IMG/VR virus record: IMGVR_UViG_3300035204_002039
Span: 1 to 38,508 of that record
DNA length: 38,508 nucleotides
Origin: a virus
Taxonomy: Duplodnaviria > Caudoviricetes
Strand: one strand, 5' to 3'
The notes under the pieces were generated by a model. It saw nothing but the letters and a program-made list of their open reading frames with translations, had not been told where the DNA came from and did no database searches. Shown here one piece after another: positions 21,201-30,772 of the stretch. A program made the position numbers and the translations under genes. The stretch's first letter is position 1. Each line of letters starts with the position of its first letter.

Positions 21201-24200
21201 AATATAGCTTCTGGTTCATCAAATACAATTCAGGCAGATTCTGGACAAATTCATTTGGGAATAGCAATGAATGCAGAACCGGGTGTTGCTAATAGTTTAA
21301 AACTAGCAGATATTAAAAAATTACATGCTGTTATAACTTCTTTAAATCCTGCCGCTGAAGTTACAAATGCTATGGTGACCGCGGCTTTGTCTGATACTTC
21401 AAATGCTCATAATATTACAAGTAATTTTATATTTAATAATGGACAAAAAGATAATTATTATGATTATGGAACTATAACTTTAAAAACAGGAGAAGATAGA
21501 CCAGTTGGACAAGTAATAGCAATAGTTGATTATTATAATCATACTGGTTATGGTCCATTTACAGTTGATTCTTATATTTGGTCGGGTTCTGGAAACACCG
21601 TATATGCTGAAATTCCATCATATACAAGTTCAACAACTGGTACAAAAGTTGAATTAAGAGATATGATTGATTTTAGACCTAAGAGATTGGGATATGAAAC
21701 ATCTGATGGTACTAATGCTCAAGATAATGATATTACAGCAACAGCAAATGTATTTAATGAAAAAGCAATGCCTGATTATGATTATACATTTGATGCGGAT
21801 TATAGTCATTATGTTTCTAGAAAAGATAAAATTGTATTAAACAGAGATAGAACATTTGAAGTAATTGAAGGAGTAGCAGATAAATTTCCACTATTACCTG
21901 CAGATGATGAAGATTCTATGACATTGTATAATCTTGAAGTACCAGCATATACTTTTAATCCAACTGATGTAAAAGTAAATTATGTTGATAATAAGAGATT
22001 TACAATGAGAGATGTTGGGAAACTTGAAAGAAGAATTGAAAATCTTGAATATTATGTTTCTCTTAGTTTATTAGAAAAAGAAGCTGATGGATTAATTATT
22101 ACTGATGCTAATGGTCAAGATAGATTTAAAAATGGAATTCTTGTAGATCCATTTGCAGGACATAATATTGGAGATGTTTTTAATGATGACTTTGCTATGT
22201 CAATTGATTATGATAAAAAGCAGTTAAGACCATCTTTTAGTTCAGATTTATATCCATTAAATTTTAATGCAAATTCTTCTGGAGCAACTGCTTTTTCAAC
22301 TTTAGTGAATAATTCTGGTATATTAACTTTACCATTTGCATCAAATACATTTATAGAAATGTCTCTTACAGGAGCGAATGAGGGTAAAAATAATCAAAAA
22401 ACTTTTCAAATAAATCCTTTCTCTGTACAGAATTATATGGGTCAAATGAAATTAGATCCGTATGGTGATACTTGGTATGATCAAACTGGTCAAGTACAAG
22501 TAAAAGTTAATATTGAAGGACAATATGATAATTGGACTTCAGCTTTTTTAGCAAAGAATGGACATGGTACTCATTGGAATGATTGGGAAGAAATTTGGTC
22601 TGGATCTCAAATTAATAATGAAATTAAAGAAGGTGTTAGGGATATAGGTGATATATCAAATAATAATAGAAAAGCAAAAACAACAGAACAAACTAAAACA
22701 TTAACTGGATTAAGTTCAGGAAGTGTTCCAGAAAAAATTATTAAAACTGTTGGAAATAAAATAGTCAATTTAAGCGTAGTTCCAAAAGTAAGAGAACAAT
22801 CAATAACTTTTATTGCTAAAGGATTAAAACCAAATAAAAATGTTTATGCTTATTTTGGTGATCTAAATGTATCAGATAACGTAAAACAGGCATGTGTTGT
22901 AAGTTTGTCAAATGTAAGCACATCTAATGTATTTCGAACAACTCCAGGAAATTTTGAACAAATTACAATTCAAGGTTCTGGAACAAACGCAAGTAATACT
23001 GCTAAAATTATTTACATGAGTGATAGAAGTAGTACAAATACTTGTACTGTTTTACTTACAGATTTGTCTGCTCAAACTGCTTTTACTGTTGGATCAGTAA
23101 TTAAAGGGGATGTTACCGAAGCAAATGGAGCTATTACTGCAATTACACATTATAATTTTGAAGATACACAATTTGCGGTTTCTTCTGAAGGTGTTGTTGG
23201 GGGAGTTTTTAATATTAAAACTGATACGTTTACGGGTAGTCAAAATCTTTTTAGATTGACGGATGAACCAGATAATATTCCTGCCACCACAACATCAGTT
23301 GCAGAAGAAATATTTCATTCTACAGGGGTACTTGATAACAAACATGAATTGGGCCTTGTTTCTCTTAGACCATTTATTTCCAGACGAGAAAATATTAAAG
23401 AAGAAAGAATTACAAGAGCAACTTCTGATGGTAGACAATCAAAATCTACTGATTATATGAATCCGATGGCTCAAACTTTTTCTATTGATAAAAATCAATA
23501 TCCTGCTGGTCTTTTTATTGATTCTGTAACTTTATTTTTTAATGGAAAAGACATATCAGTAGGAAATAAGACTCCTGTAACATTACAATTAAGACCCATA
23601 GTCAATGGAATGCCGAGTACATCATTGATTATACCAGGAAGTGAAGTTGTTTTAACTCCTGGAAGAATTACTGCAAACACAAGTACACCAGTTGCAAATA
23701 CTAGCGGGGGATTTCCTGCCAGCTTTTTGGGTAATTCTGATACTGCAAATAAAAGTAATTCTGATGTTGGATCAAGAACAATGTTTAAATTTGATCATCC
23801 TATTTTTCTTGCTCCAGATGAATATGCGATTTGTGTATTAACTAATAGTAGTGCATATAAACTTTATGGATTTGAATACGGTGCTTTCCATACAGGAACT
23901 TCTAGAAAAATAACAAAACAGCCCTATATTGGAAATTTTTTCAAACCCTCAAATGTGGGAACTTGGGAAGAAGTAACAGATCAAGGATTAATGTTTCAAT
24001 TGGATAGGTGCGAATTTGTATCAGCAAATGCATATGCTAGATTAGACAATTCTGATGTTTCAAGTGGAAATGCAACTTCAAATACAACTATAGATTCATT
24101 TAAAGTAATAACAGAATCATTTAATTTTGCAAATACTTATACAAGTTTTGATTATTATGCAACAGATTTGGCGGCCGCTACAAAAGGTTCTAATGTAAGA

Positions 24201-25178
24201 TTTAAAGAAAATAAAAATGTTGATTTCAAAAAACAAAAGCAAATTACGTATCCACAAGCCGCAAATAATAGTTTTACTATTAATGCATATTTTGAATCTG
24301 CGAATACTTTAATATCTCCAGCAATTGATGAACAAAGAACAAGTATTATTACTATTGAAAATCTTATTAATAATGGAAGTTTATCAAATTCTGATATTGT
24401 TTTATCTAATACTGGAACAGGTTATTTCCAATCGGAGGTTGGTAGTGCAACAAGTAATGTGGCATCTGAAGGTAATACAAGCGTATTTGTAATATCTGCT
24501 CCTGATATTGGATCAAATACTGCTACAGTAGCCGCTAATGTTCATGCAAATGGTATTATTAATCAAGTTGTTGTAGTAAATGGTGGTTCAGGATATATTT
24601 CTACACCAACTATTACTAATTGGGATGTTAATGGAACGTCCGCGGCAGGTGATAATGTACGAATGACAACAGCCGCGGCTATTAGTGTTGTTGGTGAAGG
24701 AGCTAATAATACTGCAAATATACAAACAACAAATGTAATATCATTTTCTTCTGGTGGTAATTTAAAAGCTAGATATATTTCAAGAAGAGTTACATTAGAA
24801 GAAGGTTTTGATGCAGTAGACCTTAAAGTATACATGGATGCATATAAACCAAGAGGTGCTAACATACATGCTTATTATAAAGTTCTTTCTAGTGATGATT
24901 CAGAGTCTTTTGATGATAAACCCTGGTTTCTTATGTATCAAAAAACTGCAGATTCTACTTATTCTATAAATGAAAATGATTTTAAACGTTTTCAATTTAA
25001 TACATTTAATGAAAAAATTACTTATATATCTGGTGGAGGAGCAAAATTTGAAAGATTTAGAACATTTGCAATTAAATTGGTTATGACTTTAGACAGAACA
25101 TCACAGGATACTTTTATAGGAATTCCTAAAGTAATTAATTTACGAGCAATTGCTCTTGATAGTGAAGGTACTCCTTGA
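18300..25178 (+). CDS. Large virion structural protein, VrlC/DUF4815-like (baseplate/tail associated)
   Basis: NISPYYDDF..FYKVLYRPGYSVQARELNQIQSILQNQ, NYSAPGANR, LARRTFDASGDF, RFTMRDVGKLERRIENLEYY.SL..LE, RFKNG.LVD.F and PMAQTF. C-terminal FRTFAIKLVM..PKV.NLRAIAL. Confidence 0.88.
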   Translation: MPKLTQDFNISPYYDDFNEANKFYKVLYRPGYSVQARELNQIQSILQNQLEKTGDTLYQDGSKVLGAELILNNKINSLKLKPTYSDIAITSSNFDSRIIQGQTSGAKAEVVTSKGFTTDNLDILMINYVDDTKFLDNEIINTIDTGTTYFASVAGEADGLTGATTSTSLASGLGSLVSINEGLFYVGGYFVHVSPQNLILDTENNNPTSRIGLSITETIISSIEDSTLLDNAIGTPNYSAPGANRYKIELTLSTKTYFESGKLIASSGLTFSVNTKDNRSGIVSITTTTDHNLSVGDVIVVAGATETEYNGKYTISAVGSTTEFSYLIQGKPSTPASGTPGYITGVTDPIAKNADSDFIELLRLENGEKIEEVKFPIMGNIEKTLARRTFDASGDFTVRPFSLDILNHKIQGTAGDRTLTNTSTTVTANGSNFIADVNVGDTIFFSGNTAKTAEVTSLSNTTSLTLTTGTALGDGSNNQKIGVSTKLSAELSPGKAYIKGFEHETLIPTFVNLNKARSTESVTAEKQGVEFGPYVIVSDVISNTAFTLGVNSATINSTSGGTGADLMDLHMVKWPATTQCEGTITANAIAYDSAGAIKYVGIDTTSAATIANTKIGTVRLRQLDFRAGRNSDVISEYGHGADANGTYHKKFPIIYDAHLFDFRFQKTEDDVSAADANTSQIRLSTSSFPTVNCLYNATITVNTSYLGVNTSDTRTIIVWTGSSTSGTPSTNYTAVLDSALTQPTQGDSTYSINWGVKDISSVVEVDSTTITKAMNIDISGRNDSTETGNTVLNDNNDDQRSLLFPYQNKTLAGLTKANYKFKRSFTKTLSGAGTGSITAPTGELFYPATGAGQLSTAVRDNDYLVWCTANGVASLKYGDFIEFTNTSGTAIGSELRSLELNATGDTLSIDVTGGTLGASGGIDYTNQPIYIIATMMSDPREANDFGATLDNGGIGKKTLVTANTTVANIASGSSNTIQADSGQIHLGIAMNAEPGVANSLKLADIKKLHAVITSLNPAAEVTNAMVTAALSDTSNAHNITSNFIFNNGQKDNYYDYGTITLKTGEDRPVGQVIAIVDYYNHTGYGPFTVDSYIWSGSGNTVYAEIPSYTSSTTGTKVELRDMIDFRPKRLGYETSDGTNAQDNDITATANVFNEKAMPDYDYTFDADYSHYVSRKDKIVLNRDRTFEVIEGVADKFPLLPADDEDSMTLYNLEVPAYTFNPTDVKVNYVDNKRFTMRDVGKLERRIENLEYYVSLSLLEKEADGLIITDANGQDRFKNGILVDPFAGHNIGDVFNDDFAMSIDYDKKQLRPSFSSDLYPLNFNANSSGATAFSTLVNNSGILTLPFASNTFIEMSLTGANEGKNNQKTFQINPFSVQNYMGQMKLDPYGDTWYDQTGQVQVKVNIEGQYDNWTSAFLAKNGHGTHWNDWEEIWSGSQINNEIKEGVRDIGDISNNNRKAKTTEQTKTLTGLSSGSVPEKIIKTVGNKIVNLSVVPKVREQSITFIAKGLKPNKNVYAYFGDLNVSDNVKQACVVSLSNVSTSNVFRTTPGNFEQITIQGSGTNASNTAKIIYMSDRSSTNTCTVLLTDLSAQTAFTVGSVIKGDVTEANGAITAITHYNFEDTQFAVSSEGVVGGVFNIKTDTFTGSQNLFRLTDEPDNIPATTTSVAEEIFHSTGVLDNKHELGLVSLRPFISRRENIKEERITRATSDGRQSKSTDYMNPMAQTFSIDKNQYPAGLFIDSVTLFFNGKDISVGNKTPVTLQLRPIVNGMPSTSLIIPGSEVVLTPGRITANTSTPVANTSGGFPASFLGNSDTANKSNSDVGSRTMFKFDHPIFLAPDEYAICVLTNSSAYKLYGFEYGAFHTGTSRKITKQPYIGNFFKPSNVGTWEEVTDQGLMFQLDRCEFVSANAYARLDNSDVSSGNATSNTTIDSFKVITESFNFANTYTSFDYYATDLAAATKGSNVRFKENKNVDFKKQKQITYPQAANNSFTINAYFESANTLISPAIDEQRTSIITIENLINNGSLSNSDIVLSNTGTGYFQSEVGSATSNVASEGNTSVFVISAPDIGSNTATVAANVHANGIINQVVVVNGGSGYISTPTITNWDVNGTSAAGDNVRMTTAAAISVVGEGANNTANIQTTNVISFSSGGNLKARYISRRVTLEEGFDAVDLKVYMDAYKPRGANIHAYYKVLSSDDSESFDDKPWFLMYQKTADSTYSINENDFKRFQFNTFNEKITYISGGGAKFERFRTFAIKLVMTLDRTSQDTFIGIPKVINLRAIALDSEGTP

Positions 25179-25405
25179 TAGTAAAAACAGATAATCCAAA
25201 ATATCATAGAGATACATTTTCTAATGCAATTATTGCAACTGATCAACAGGCTTTGTTGAAACATAGACAAAAAGTATCACAAATTAATACTATAAAAACT
25301 AATGAAAATGAAATAAATACTTTAAGAATGGATATTAATAATATTAAAGATGATATTAATAAAATTTTAGAATTGTTAAATAAGGACAAAAATGTCGATA
25401 TCTGA
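25175..25405 (+). CDS. 76-aa coiled-coil hypothetical protein typical downstream of the VrlC-like gene
   Basis: TTG start overlaps the previous stop. Contains RDTFSNAII and the heptad EINTLRMDINNIKDDINKILELL. Confidence 0.7.
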   Translation: MIVKTDNPKYHRDTFSNAIIATDQQALLKHRQKVSQINTIKTNENEINTLRMDINNIKDDINKILELLNKDKNVDI

Positions 25406-27140
25406 AAGCATTAGTGATGTTGAATTAACCCATACGTTTGAACAATGGCGTTCAAAAACAAATCAACTCATTACAGTAATAGATGAAAGTTCAGATGATA
25501 ATCCTGCTGGTAATTTAATTTCCGCCAATAGTATTGGTGGACTTGAAATTAACACAATAAGCGGAAATATTGTTACAGGAGCAAATGTAACTGGTACTAG
25601 ATTATTGTTTTCTGGATCTCCTGAAGTAAATTTTACTGGTGCGACTGTTACTGATTTGGGAACTGCCGCTAAATTTGCATTAGTTGAAGATTCTGGAGCA
25701 ACTATAACTGGTACTACTCCTGATAGTAAGATTGAAAGAGCCCAAATAAATGAATGTGAAATAAATTTAAATGGTGCAAATTTTAGTGCAAATGGATCAT
25801 CTACAATTAATCTTTTTGGAGCAACGGTTTCTGATTTAGGAACTGTTTCTTTAGCTACATTTAATGGTGGAACGATTAATAATATGAATGTCAATATTAC
25901 TGATGATTCAACGGCACAAATTATTACAGTATCCGCGGCGGGTCCTCATATATTTACAGGCGCATCTTTTAATAATGGAACTTATAATACTCCAACTACA
26001 GTTGGAGGACTTATGCATTCTGCAAATATATCGGTTAATGCTTCATCGGCTTTTGTAGCTAATGTTGGTGCTATTTTTGGTTCAGATGTGGGAACTGCTA
26101 ATGTGGCTATTGGTGATTTTCCAGAATTTACAACATCTCCAATTCTTCCATCTTCTTCTAAAGGAAGACTGCATATAAGATCGGATTTTGCAGATGCAGG
26201 AACAACAAATCCTACTGCCGCCGTATCAACTGCTGATGAATTAGTATTAGAAAATGAAAATGATGTAGGAATGACATTTTTATCTGATACTGCATCTAAT
26301 GCACATATTATGTTTGGTGATTCTGCTGATCCAGATGTTGGAGGAATTGTATATAATCATGATACAGATAGTATGCATATTGTTACTGGTGCCGCCAATA
26401 CTGCTGTATTTGGAGATGAGTATGGTGGGCATATGCAAATTGTGGGTGGAGACACTTATTCTGGACAGGGCGCACAAGTAGGAAAATTACATGTAAATGT
26501 TGGTTCAACTGATGGTACAGCAGGAATTTTTTTAGATTCAAATGATGAAGATCAAATAGGAATTTCAATTGATGCAGGACAAACAACTGCGAATGTTGTT
26601 GAAATTAATGCTGATGCATTTACAACTGGTCATATAATTTCAATACATCGTGGACTTCCAACGGCTGATTCTGCTTATGCTAATGGTTCTTTAATACATC
26701 TTACAGATAATAATGCTTCAACAAATGCTAGAGCAATAATTGATGTAAATCAAGATAGTGAGAATGCTACTGGAACAGTAGGATTAAGAATTAAAATGGA
26801 CGGTGGAGTAGGGGCAGAGATAATGCAAAATATTGATAAAACAGGATTAAATGTAGAATCGTCTGTTGCTCATACTGCTTCATTGGGTGTTTTTAAATCA
26901 GCTAGTACTAGCTCGACTGGTGCAACTTTATATGTTGAAGGAAATTCTAGCACAGGAGGAACAAAAGTTGTTCAATTTGCAGGTCCATCTGGTGATATTA
27001 TGTCTGCAAGAGCAAATGGAGTAACTTCTGTTGCTCGTATGGAATGTAATGCTTTTTTAACTACAGAACATCCTACTAATCCAATACATCTATTAGGAGT
27101 GAGAGATACAGGCGGAACAGTTGTAAATCTTGGTTCATAG
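25392..27140 (+). CDS. Fibre protein (collar/tail fibre-like) in the position preceding the neck genes
   Basis: N-terminal THTFEQWRSKTNQL attachment-like motif. G/T/N-rich beta repeats, GRLHI and GKLHV motifs, and a duplicated GATV(T/S)DLGT. Confidence 0.7.
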   Translation: MSISESISDVELTHTFEQWRSKTNQLITVIDESSDDNPAGNLISANSIGGLEINTISGNIVTGANVTGTRLLFSGSPEVNFTGATVTDLGTAAKFALVEDSGATITGTTPDSKIERAQINECEINLNGANFSANGSSTINLFGATVSDLGTVSLATFNGGTINNMNVNITDDSTAQIITVSAAGPHIFTGASFNNGTYNTPTTVGGLMHSANISVNASSAFVANVGAIFGSDVGTANVAIGDFPEFTTSPILPSSSKGRLHIRSDFADAGTTNPTAAVSTADELVLENENDVGMTFLSDTASNAHIMFGDSADPDVGGIVYNHDTDSMHIVTGAANTAVFGDEYGGHMQIVGGDTYSGQGAQVGKLHVNVGSTDGTAGIFLDSNDEDQIGISIDAGQTTANVVEINADAFTTGHIISIHRGLPTADSAYANGSLIHLTDNNASTNARAIIDVNQDSENATGTVGLRIKMDGGVGAEIMQNIDKTGLNVESSVAHTASLGVFKSASTSSTGATLYVEGNSSTGGTKVVQFAGPSGDIMSARANGVTSVARMECNAFLTTEHPTNPIHLLGVRDTGGTVVNLGS

Positions 27141-27161
27141 TAAATCAAACATAAGATAAAA

Positions 27162-28172
27162 ATGGCAAAACCTAGTACAAGAGAAGAATTAAAACAATAT
27201 TGCCTTAGAACTTTAGGAAAACCAGTTATTGAAATAAATGTAGAAGATGATCAACTGGAAGATCGAATGGACGAAGGCTTGCAATTTTTTCAGGAATATC
27301 ATTTTGATGGTGTTGAAAGAATGTATAACATTCATCGAATTACGGGTTCAACTGTTAAAATTGCTTCAAATACAGGCGCCTTTACAGTAGGCGAGAAAAT
27401 AACTGGTGGAACATCAAATGCAACCGCAAAAGTAGTTTCTTCAAATACTACAGTTATTACATTTAAGAGTCATAAAGATACAGATGATATTGCAAATAAT
27501 GATACAACATCTAGTTTTTCAAATGGCGAAACAATAACAGGAAGTACAAGTGGATCTACTGCAGTAGCCGAGACTGATGCATCATTAGTTACTTTTGGTG
27601 ATGTAGACAATCATTATATTACATTAAGTGATTCCATAATTGGAGTAACTGGTATTTTTGATATACAAGATACTGGCGGGGCACAAACATCAAGTGATTT
27701 ATTTTCGTTTAGATATCAATTTCATTTAAATGAAATGCCATATCTTACTGCTACTTCTATAATAAATTATAAAATGTCAATGCAACATTTACAATTGTTG
27801 AATGATATGTTTGTAGGAAAGAAGCCTTTACGATTTAATAGACATCAAAATCGATTATATTTAGATATAGATTGGGATAATGATGATCTTGAAGTAGATG
27901 AATATGTTGTTGCAGAGTGTTATAGAATAATTGAACCTGCAACATTTACAGATGTATATAATGATATGTTTTTAAAGAAATATGTTACGGCTCTTTTTAA
28001 AAGACAATGGGGAGCCAATTTAATAAAATATGAAGGAGTTCAACTTCCAGGAGGAACGACACTAAATGGAAGAACAATGTTTGAAGAAGCAATAACAGAA
28101 TTAAGAGAAACAGAAGAACAAGTATCTCTTAAATACGAATTACCAGTTGACTTTATGGTTGGTCCAGGATAA
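27162..28172 (+). CDS. gp13: Neck protein gp13
   Basis: MAKPSTREELKQYCLRTLGKPVIEINVEDDQLEDR..EYHFDG and KRQWGANL.KY.GVQLPGG.TLNG. Confidence 0.95.
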   Translation: MAKPSTREELKQYCLRTLGKPVIEINVEDDQLEDRMDEGLQFFQEYHFDGVERMYNIHRITGSTVKIASNTGAFTVGEKITGGTSNATAKVVSSNTTVITFKSHKDTDDIANNDTTSSFSNGETITGSTSGSTAVAETDASLVTFGDVDNHYITLSDSIIGVTGIFDIQDTGGAQTSSDLFSFRYQFHLNEMPYLTATSIINYKMSMQHLQLLNDMFVGKKPLRFNRHQNRLYLDIDWDNDDLEVDEYVVAECYRIIEPATFTDVYNDMFLKKYVTALFKRQWGANLIKYEGVQLPGGTTLNGRTMFEEAITELRETEEQVSLKYELPVDFMVGPG

Positions 28173-29032
28173 TGCCTACTAATTCTTATTTTAATCATTT
28201 ACAAAATGCCTCAGAACAAAATTTACATCAAGATTTAATTATAGAATCGATAAAAAATTTTGGCATAGACAACTATTACCTTCCAAGACAATATATGAAT
28301 GAGGATCTTCTTTACGGAGAAGATACTATTTCACAATTTAATCAATCTCATTTAATAGAAATGTATGTCAAGTCTGTTGACGGATTTGAAGGAGAAGGTG
28401 ATTTTATTTCAAGATTTGGATTAGAAATAAGAGATCAGGTTATTTTTTCTGTGGCGAGAAGAAGATGGGAAAATTTAGGAACCGGTTATGATAGACCAAG
28501 AGAAGGTGATGTAATATTTCTCCCATTAAATAAAAAACTTTATGAAATTAGATTTGTTGAACATGAATCAATGTTTTATCAATTCGGAAAATTACCAATA
28601 TTTGATTTAACATGTGAATTGTTTCAATACGATGATCAAAGAATTGATACGGGTATTGAAGACATAGATGAAGTAGAAGATAAATATGCTTATTCAATAG
28701 AAGTAACTCTTGATTCAGGAGGTTCAGGAAATTATGTAGAAGACGAATATGTATTTGTTGGCAGTACTGAAAGTTCTGCCAATACAAAAGGAAGAGTAAT
28801 ATCTTGGAATTCTACTGATAGAGTATTGAAACTAACAGATTTGAGGGGAACCTTTACATTAAGTCAAAATGTAGTTGGAAATACAAGTGGTGCATATTAT
28901 ACAGTAGGTACTACACCTGATACACAATCATTTGTTAATGATACTTCAGCAAATAATATAACTATTGAAACTGAAGCAGATTCTATTATTGATTTCTCAG
29001 AATCAAATCCATTTAGTGAAGGTAATATTTAA
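28172..29032 (+). CDS. gp14: Neck protein gp14
   Basis: EQNL..DLIIESI..FG...YYLPR, IEMYVKSVDGFEGEGDFISRFGLEIRD, RPREGD and DFSESNPF. Confidence 0.95.
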   Translation: MPTNSYFNHLQNASEQNLHQDLIIESIKNFGIDNYYLPRQYMNEDLLYGEDTISQFNQSHLIEMYVKSVDGFEGEGDFISRFGLEIRDQVIFSVARRRWENLGTGYDRPREGDVIFLPLNKKLYEIRFVEHESMFYQFGKLPIFDLTCELFQYDDQRIDTGIEDIDEVEDKYAYSIEVTLDSGGSGNYVEDEYVFVGSTESSANTKGRVISWNSTDRVLKLTDLRGTFTLSQNVVGNTSGAYYTVGTTPDTQSFVNDTSANNITIETEADSIIDFSESNPFSEGNI

Positions 29033-29379
29033 GTCGTAGATTCTGGAAGAAGTGTAATCATTCCTTCAACTACCCTTTCTTTCGTTACAGCATCCGCTTG
29101 GGTGTATTCAACATCATAAACATATAATCCTGAAGACATATTTGCTGTTTGAGTAGCATTAGCAGTTATAGTTACATTACTACCAGATACTGCCGCTGTG
29201 AAGGTCAGTATCCAAGAAGTATTAGTAGTTGTGTGATTCTTTTTCATTTTAGAAGCACAAGTACCAGTACTTATTGTTACATTTGCATTGTTTGCATCTT
29301 TAGCAGTAAATACTTTTTCAAAGTTACTGCCTTGATACATTGTTAAATTTTCGCCTTGGGTTTTTATTGATAGTGCCAT
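29029..29379 (-). CDS. 116-aa conserved phage beta-sandwich structural/adaptor-like protein
   Basis: LTMYQGSNF..., TANMSSGLYVYDVE..RVVEGMITL.P, a pattern common in T4-like virion accessory proteins. Has its own TATAAATA on the - strand. Confidence 0.8.
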   Translation of the reverse strand: MALSIKTQGENLTMYQGSNFEKVFTAKDANNANVTISTGTCASKMKKNHTTTNTSWILTFTAAVSGSNVTITANATQTANMSSGLYVYDVEYTQADAVTKERVVEGMITLLPESTT

Positions 29380-29384
29380 AAGAC

Positions 29385-29392
29385 TATTTATA
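29385..29392 (-). promoter_or_regulatory. T4-type late promoter driving the - strand 116-aa gene
   Basis: tatttata on + reads TATAAATA on -, 5 nt before the ATG at 29379. Confidence 0.85.
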
Positions 29393-29394
29393 CA

Positions 29395-29402
29395 ACTAAA
29401 TA
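29395..29402 (+). promoter_or_regulatory. Putative variant late promoter (ACTAAATA) for gp15
   Basis: Intergenic TAAATA core, followed by a GGAG SD and ATG 29427. Confidence 0.5.
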
Positions 29403-29426
29403 ATATTACAATCTTTATGGAGTATT

Positions 29427-30359
29427 ATGTTAGGACAAACTTTTTATCATCAAACAATAAGAAAATATGTTGCGTTGTTTGGTACGCTATTTAATGATAT
29501 TAATATTGAAAAAAAGGATTCGGGTGGTAATGTTTTATCTCGACAAAAAGTACCAATAGCTTATGGACCAAAACAAAAATTTCTTACAAGAATAAATCAA
29601 GATGCTAGTTTAGATAGACAAGTTGCTATTCAACTTCCTAGAATGGGATTTGAAATGACTGGTATGGCTTATGATCCTGTTAGAAAATTAAATACAATAG
29701 GCTCGTTGACACATAAAGAAACGATAAATGGAAATCGTAATGTTAGGAAGATGTTTAATCCCTCTCCATATATTTTTGATTTTTCTTTATATGCTTTTGT
29801 AGAAAATGCTGAAGATGGCACTCAAATATTAGAACAAATTCTTCCGTTTTTTACTCCAGAATTTAATGTAACTGTTAATATTATAACAGATATGGGACTT
29901 TCAATAGATATTCCAATTGTTATTCAAAGCGCAACAAGTGAAGATTCTTATGAAGGGGAATTTTCTGCTAGAAGAACAATTATCTGGACAATATCTTTTA
30001 TGTTAAAAGGTTTTATATATCCTGATATCAAAACTGGTCAATCGATAATCAAAAAAATTGAAGTAGCATTTAAAGAAATTGATGGTGTTGATGCAAGTAT
30101 TGAAAACAATGAATTATTGTTAGAAACTTCTACTCCTTTTTCAGAAGATCAATTTCTATTGGAAACAGGAAGTCTTCTTTTAACTGAGGATAGTATAACT
30201 GAACTTGGTCTTGATAATATAATTAGTAAAATTACAGTTGTTCCTGAAGGAGGAGCAAATACCTATATTACTCCAGGAGACGATTTTGATGCAAATACTA
30301 CAATAACAGTTTATAATCCACCAGTAGATTATGATGAAGCAACTGGCATATATGAGTGA
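29427..30359 (+). CDS. gp15: Tail sheath stabiliser/completion protein gp15
   Basis: FYHQTIRKYVALFGTLFNDI, KVPIAYGPKQKFL, LPRMGFEM and QILEQILPFFTPEF. Confidence 0.95.
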   Translation: MLGQTFYHQTIRKYVALFGTLFNDINIEKKDSGGNVLSRQKVPIAYGPKQKFLTRINQDASLDRQVAIQLPRMGFEMTGMAYDPVRKLNTIGSLTHKETINGNRNVRKMFNPSPYIFDFSLYAFVENAEDGTQILEQILPFFTPEFNVTVNIITDMGLSIDIPIVIQSATSEDSYEGEFSARRTIIWTISFMLKGFIYPDIKTGQSIIKKIEVAFKEIDGVDASIENNELLLETSTPFSEDQFLLETGSLLLTEDSITELGLDNIISKITVVPEGGANTYITPGDDFDANTTITVYNPPVDYDEATGIYE

Positions 30360-30367
30360 GGTAAAAT

Positions 30368-30772
30368 ATGATAAAAGATTTTGAAGATAAATTAAATGAA
30401 ATTCTAGAAATGCCTTCTGGCTCTATTGTAAAAAAACCCATTGAAAGAAAAGTTGTTGCATCTGATTCAGAAGATTTAAATACTGATTATAAGTATGTTC
30501 GTGAAAATATATACAATATTATTGAAAGGGGACATGATGCTATTGAAGATTTATTACAAGATGCGAGAGATAGTGGTAATGCTAGAATGTTCGAAGTTGT
30601 TGGTCAATTAATTAAAACTGTAGGTGAACAAAATCAAAACTTAATGAATGTTCATAAACAAGTAAAAGATATCAAACAAGAAAACAGTACGGGACCTAAT
30701 TCAGTAACAAATGCATTATTTGTTGGTAGTACTGCAGAACTCCAAAAAATGTTAAAAGATAAAAAAGAATAG
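30368..30772 (+). CDS. gp16: Terminase small subunit gp16
   Basis: DYKYVRENIYNIIERG, ARMFEVVGQLIK and VTNALFVGSTAELQKMLK. Confidence 0.92.
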   Translation: MIKDFEDKLNEILEMPSGSIVKKPIERKVVASDSEDLNTDYKYVRENIYNIIERGHDAIEDLLQDARDSGNARMFEVVGQLIKTVGEQNQNLMNVHKQVKDIKQENSTGPNSVTNALFVGSTAELQKMLKDKKE

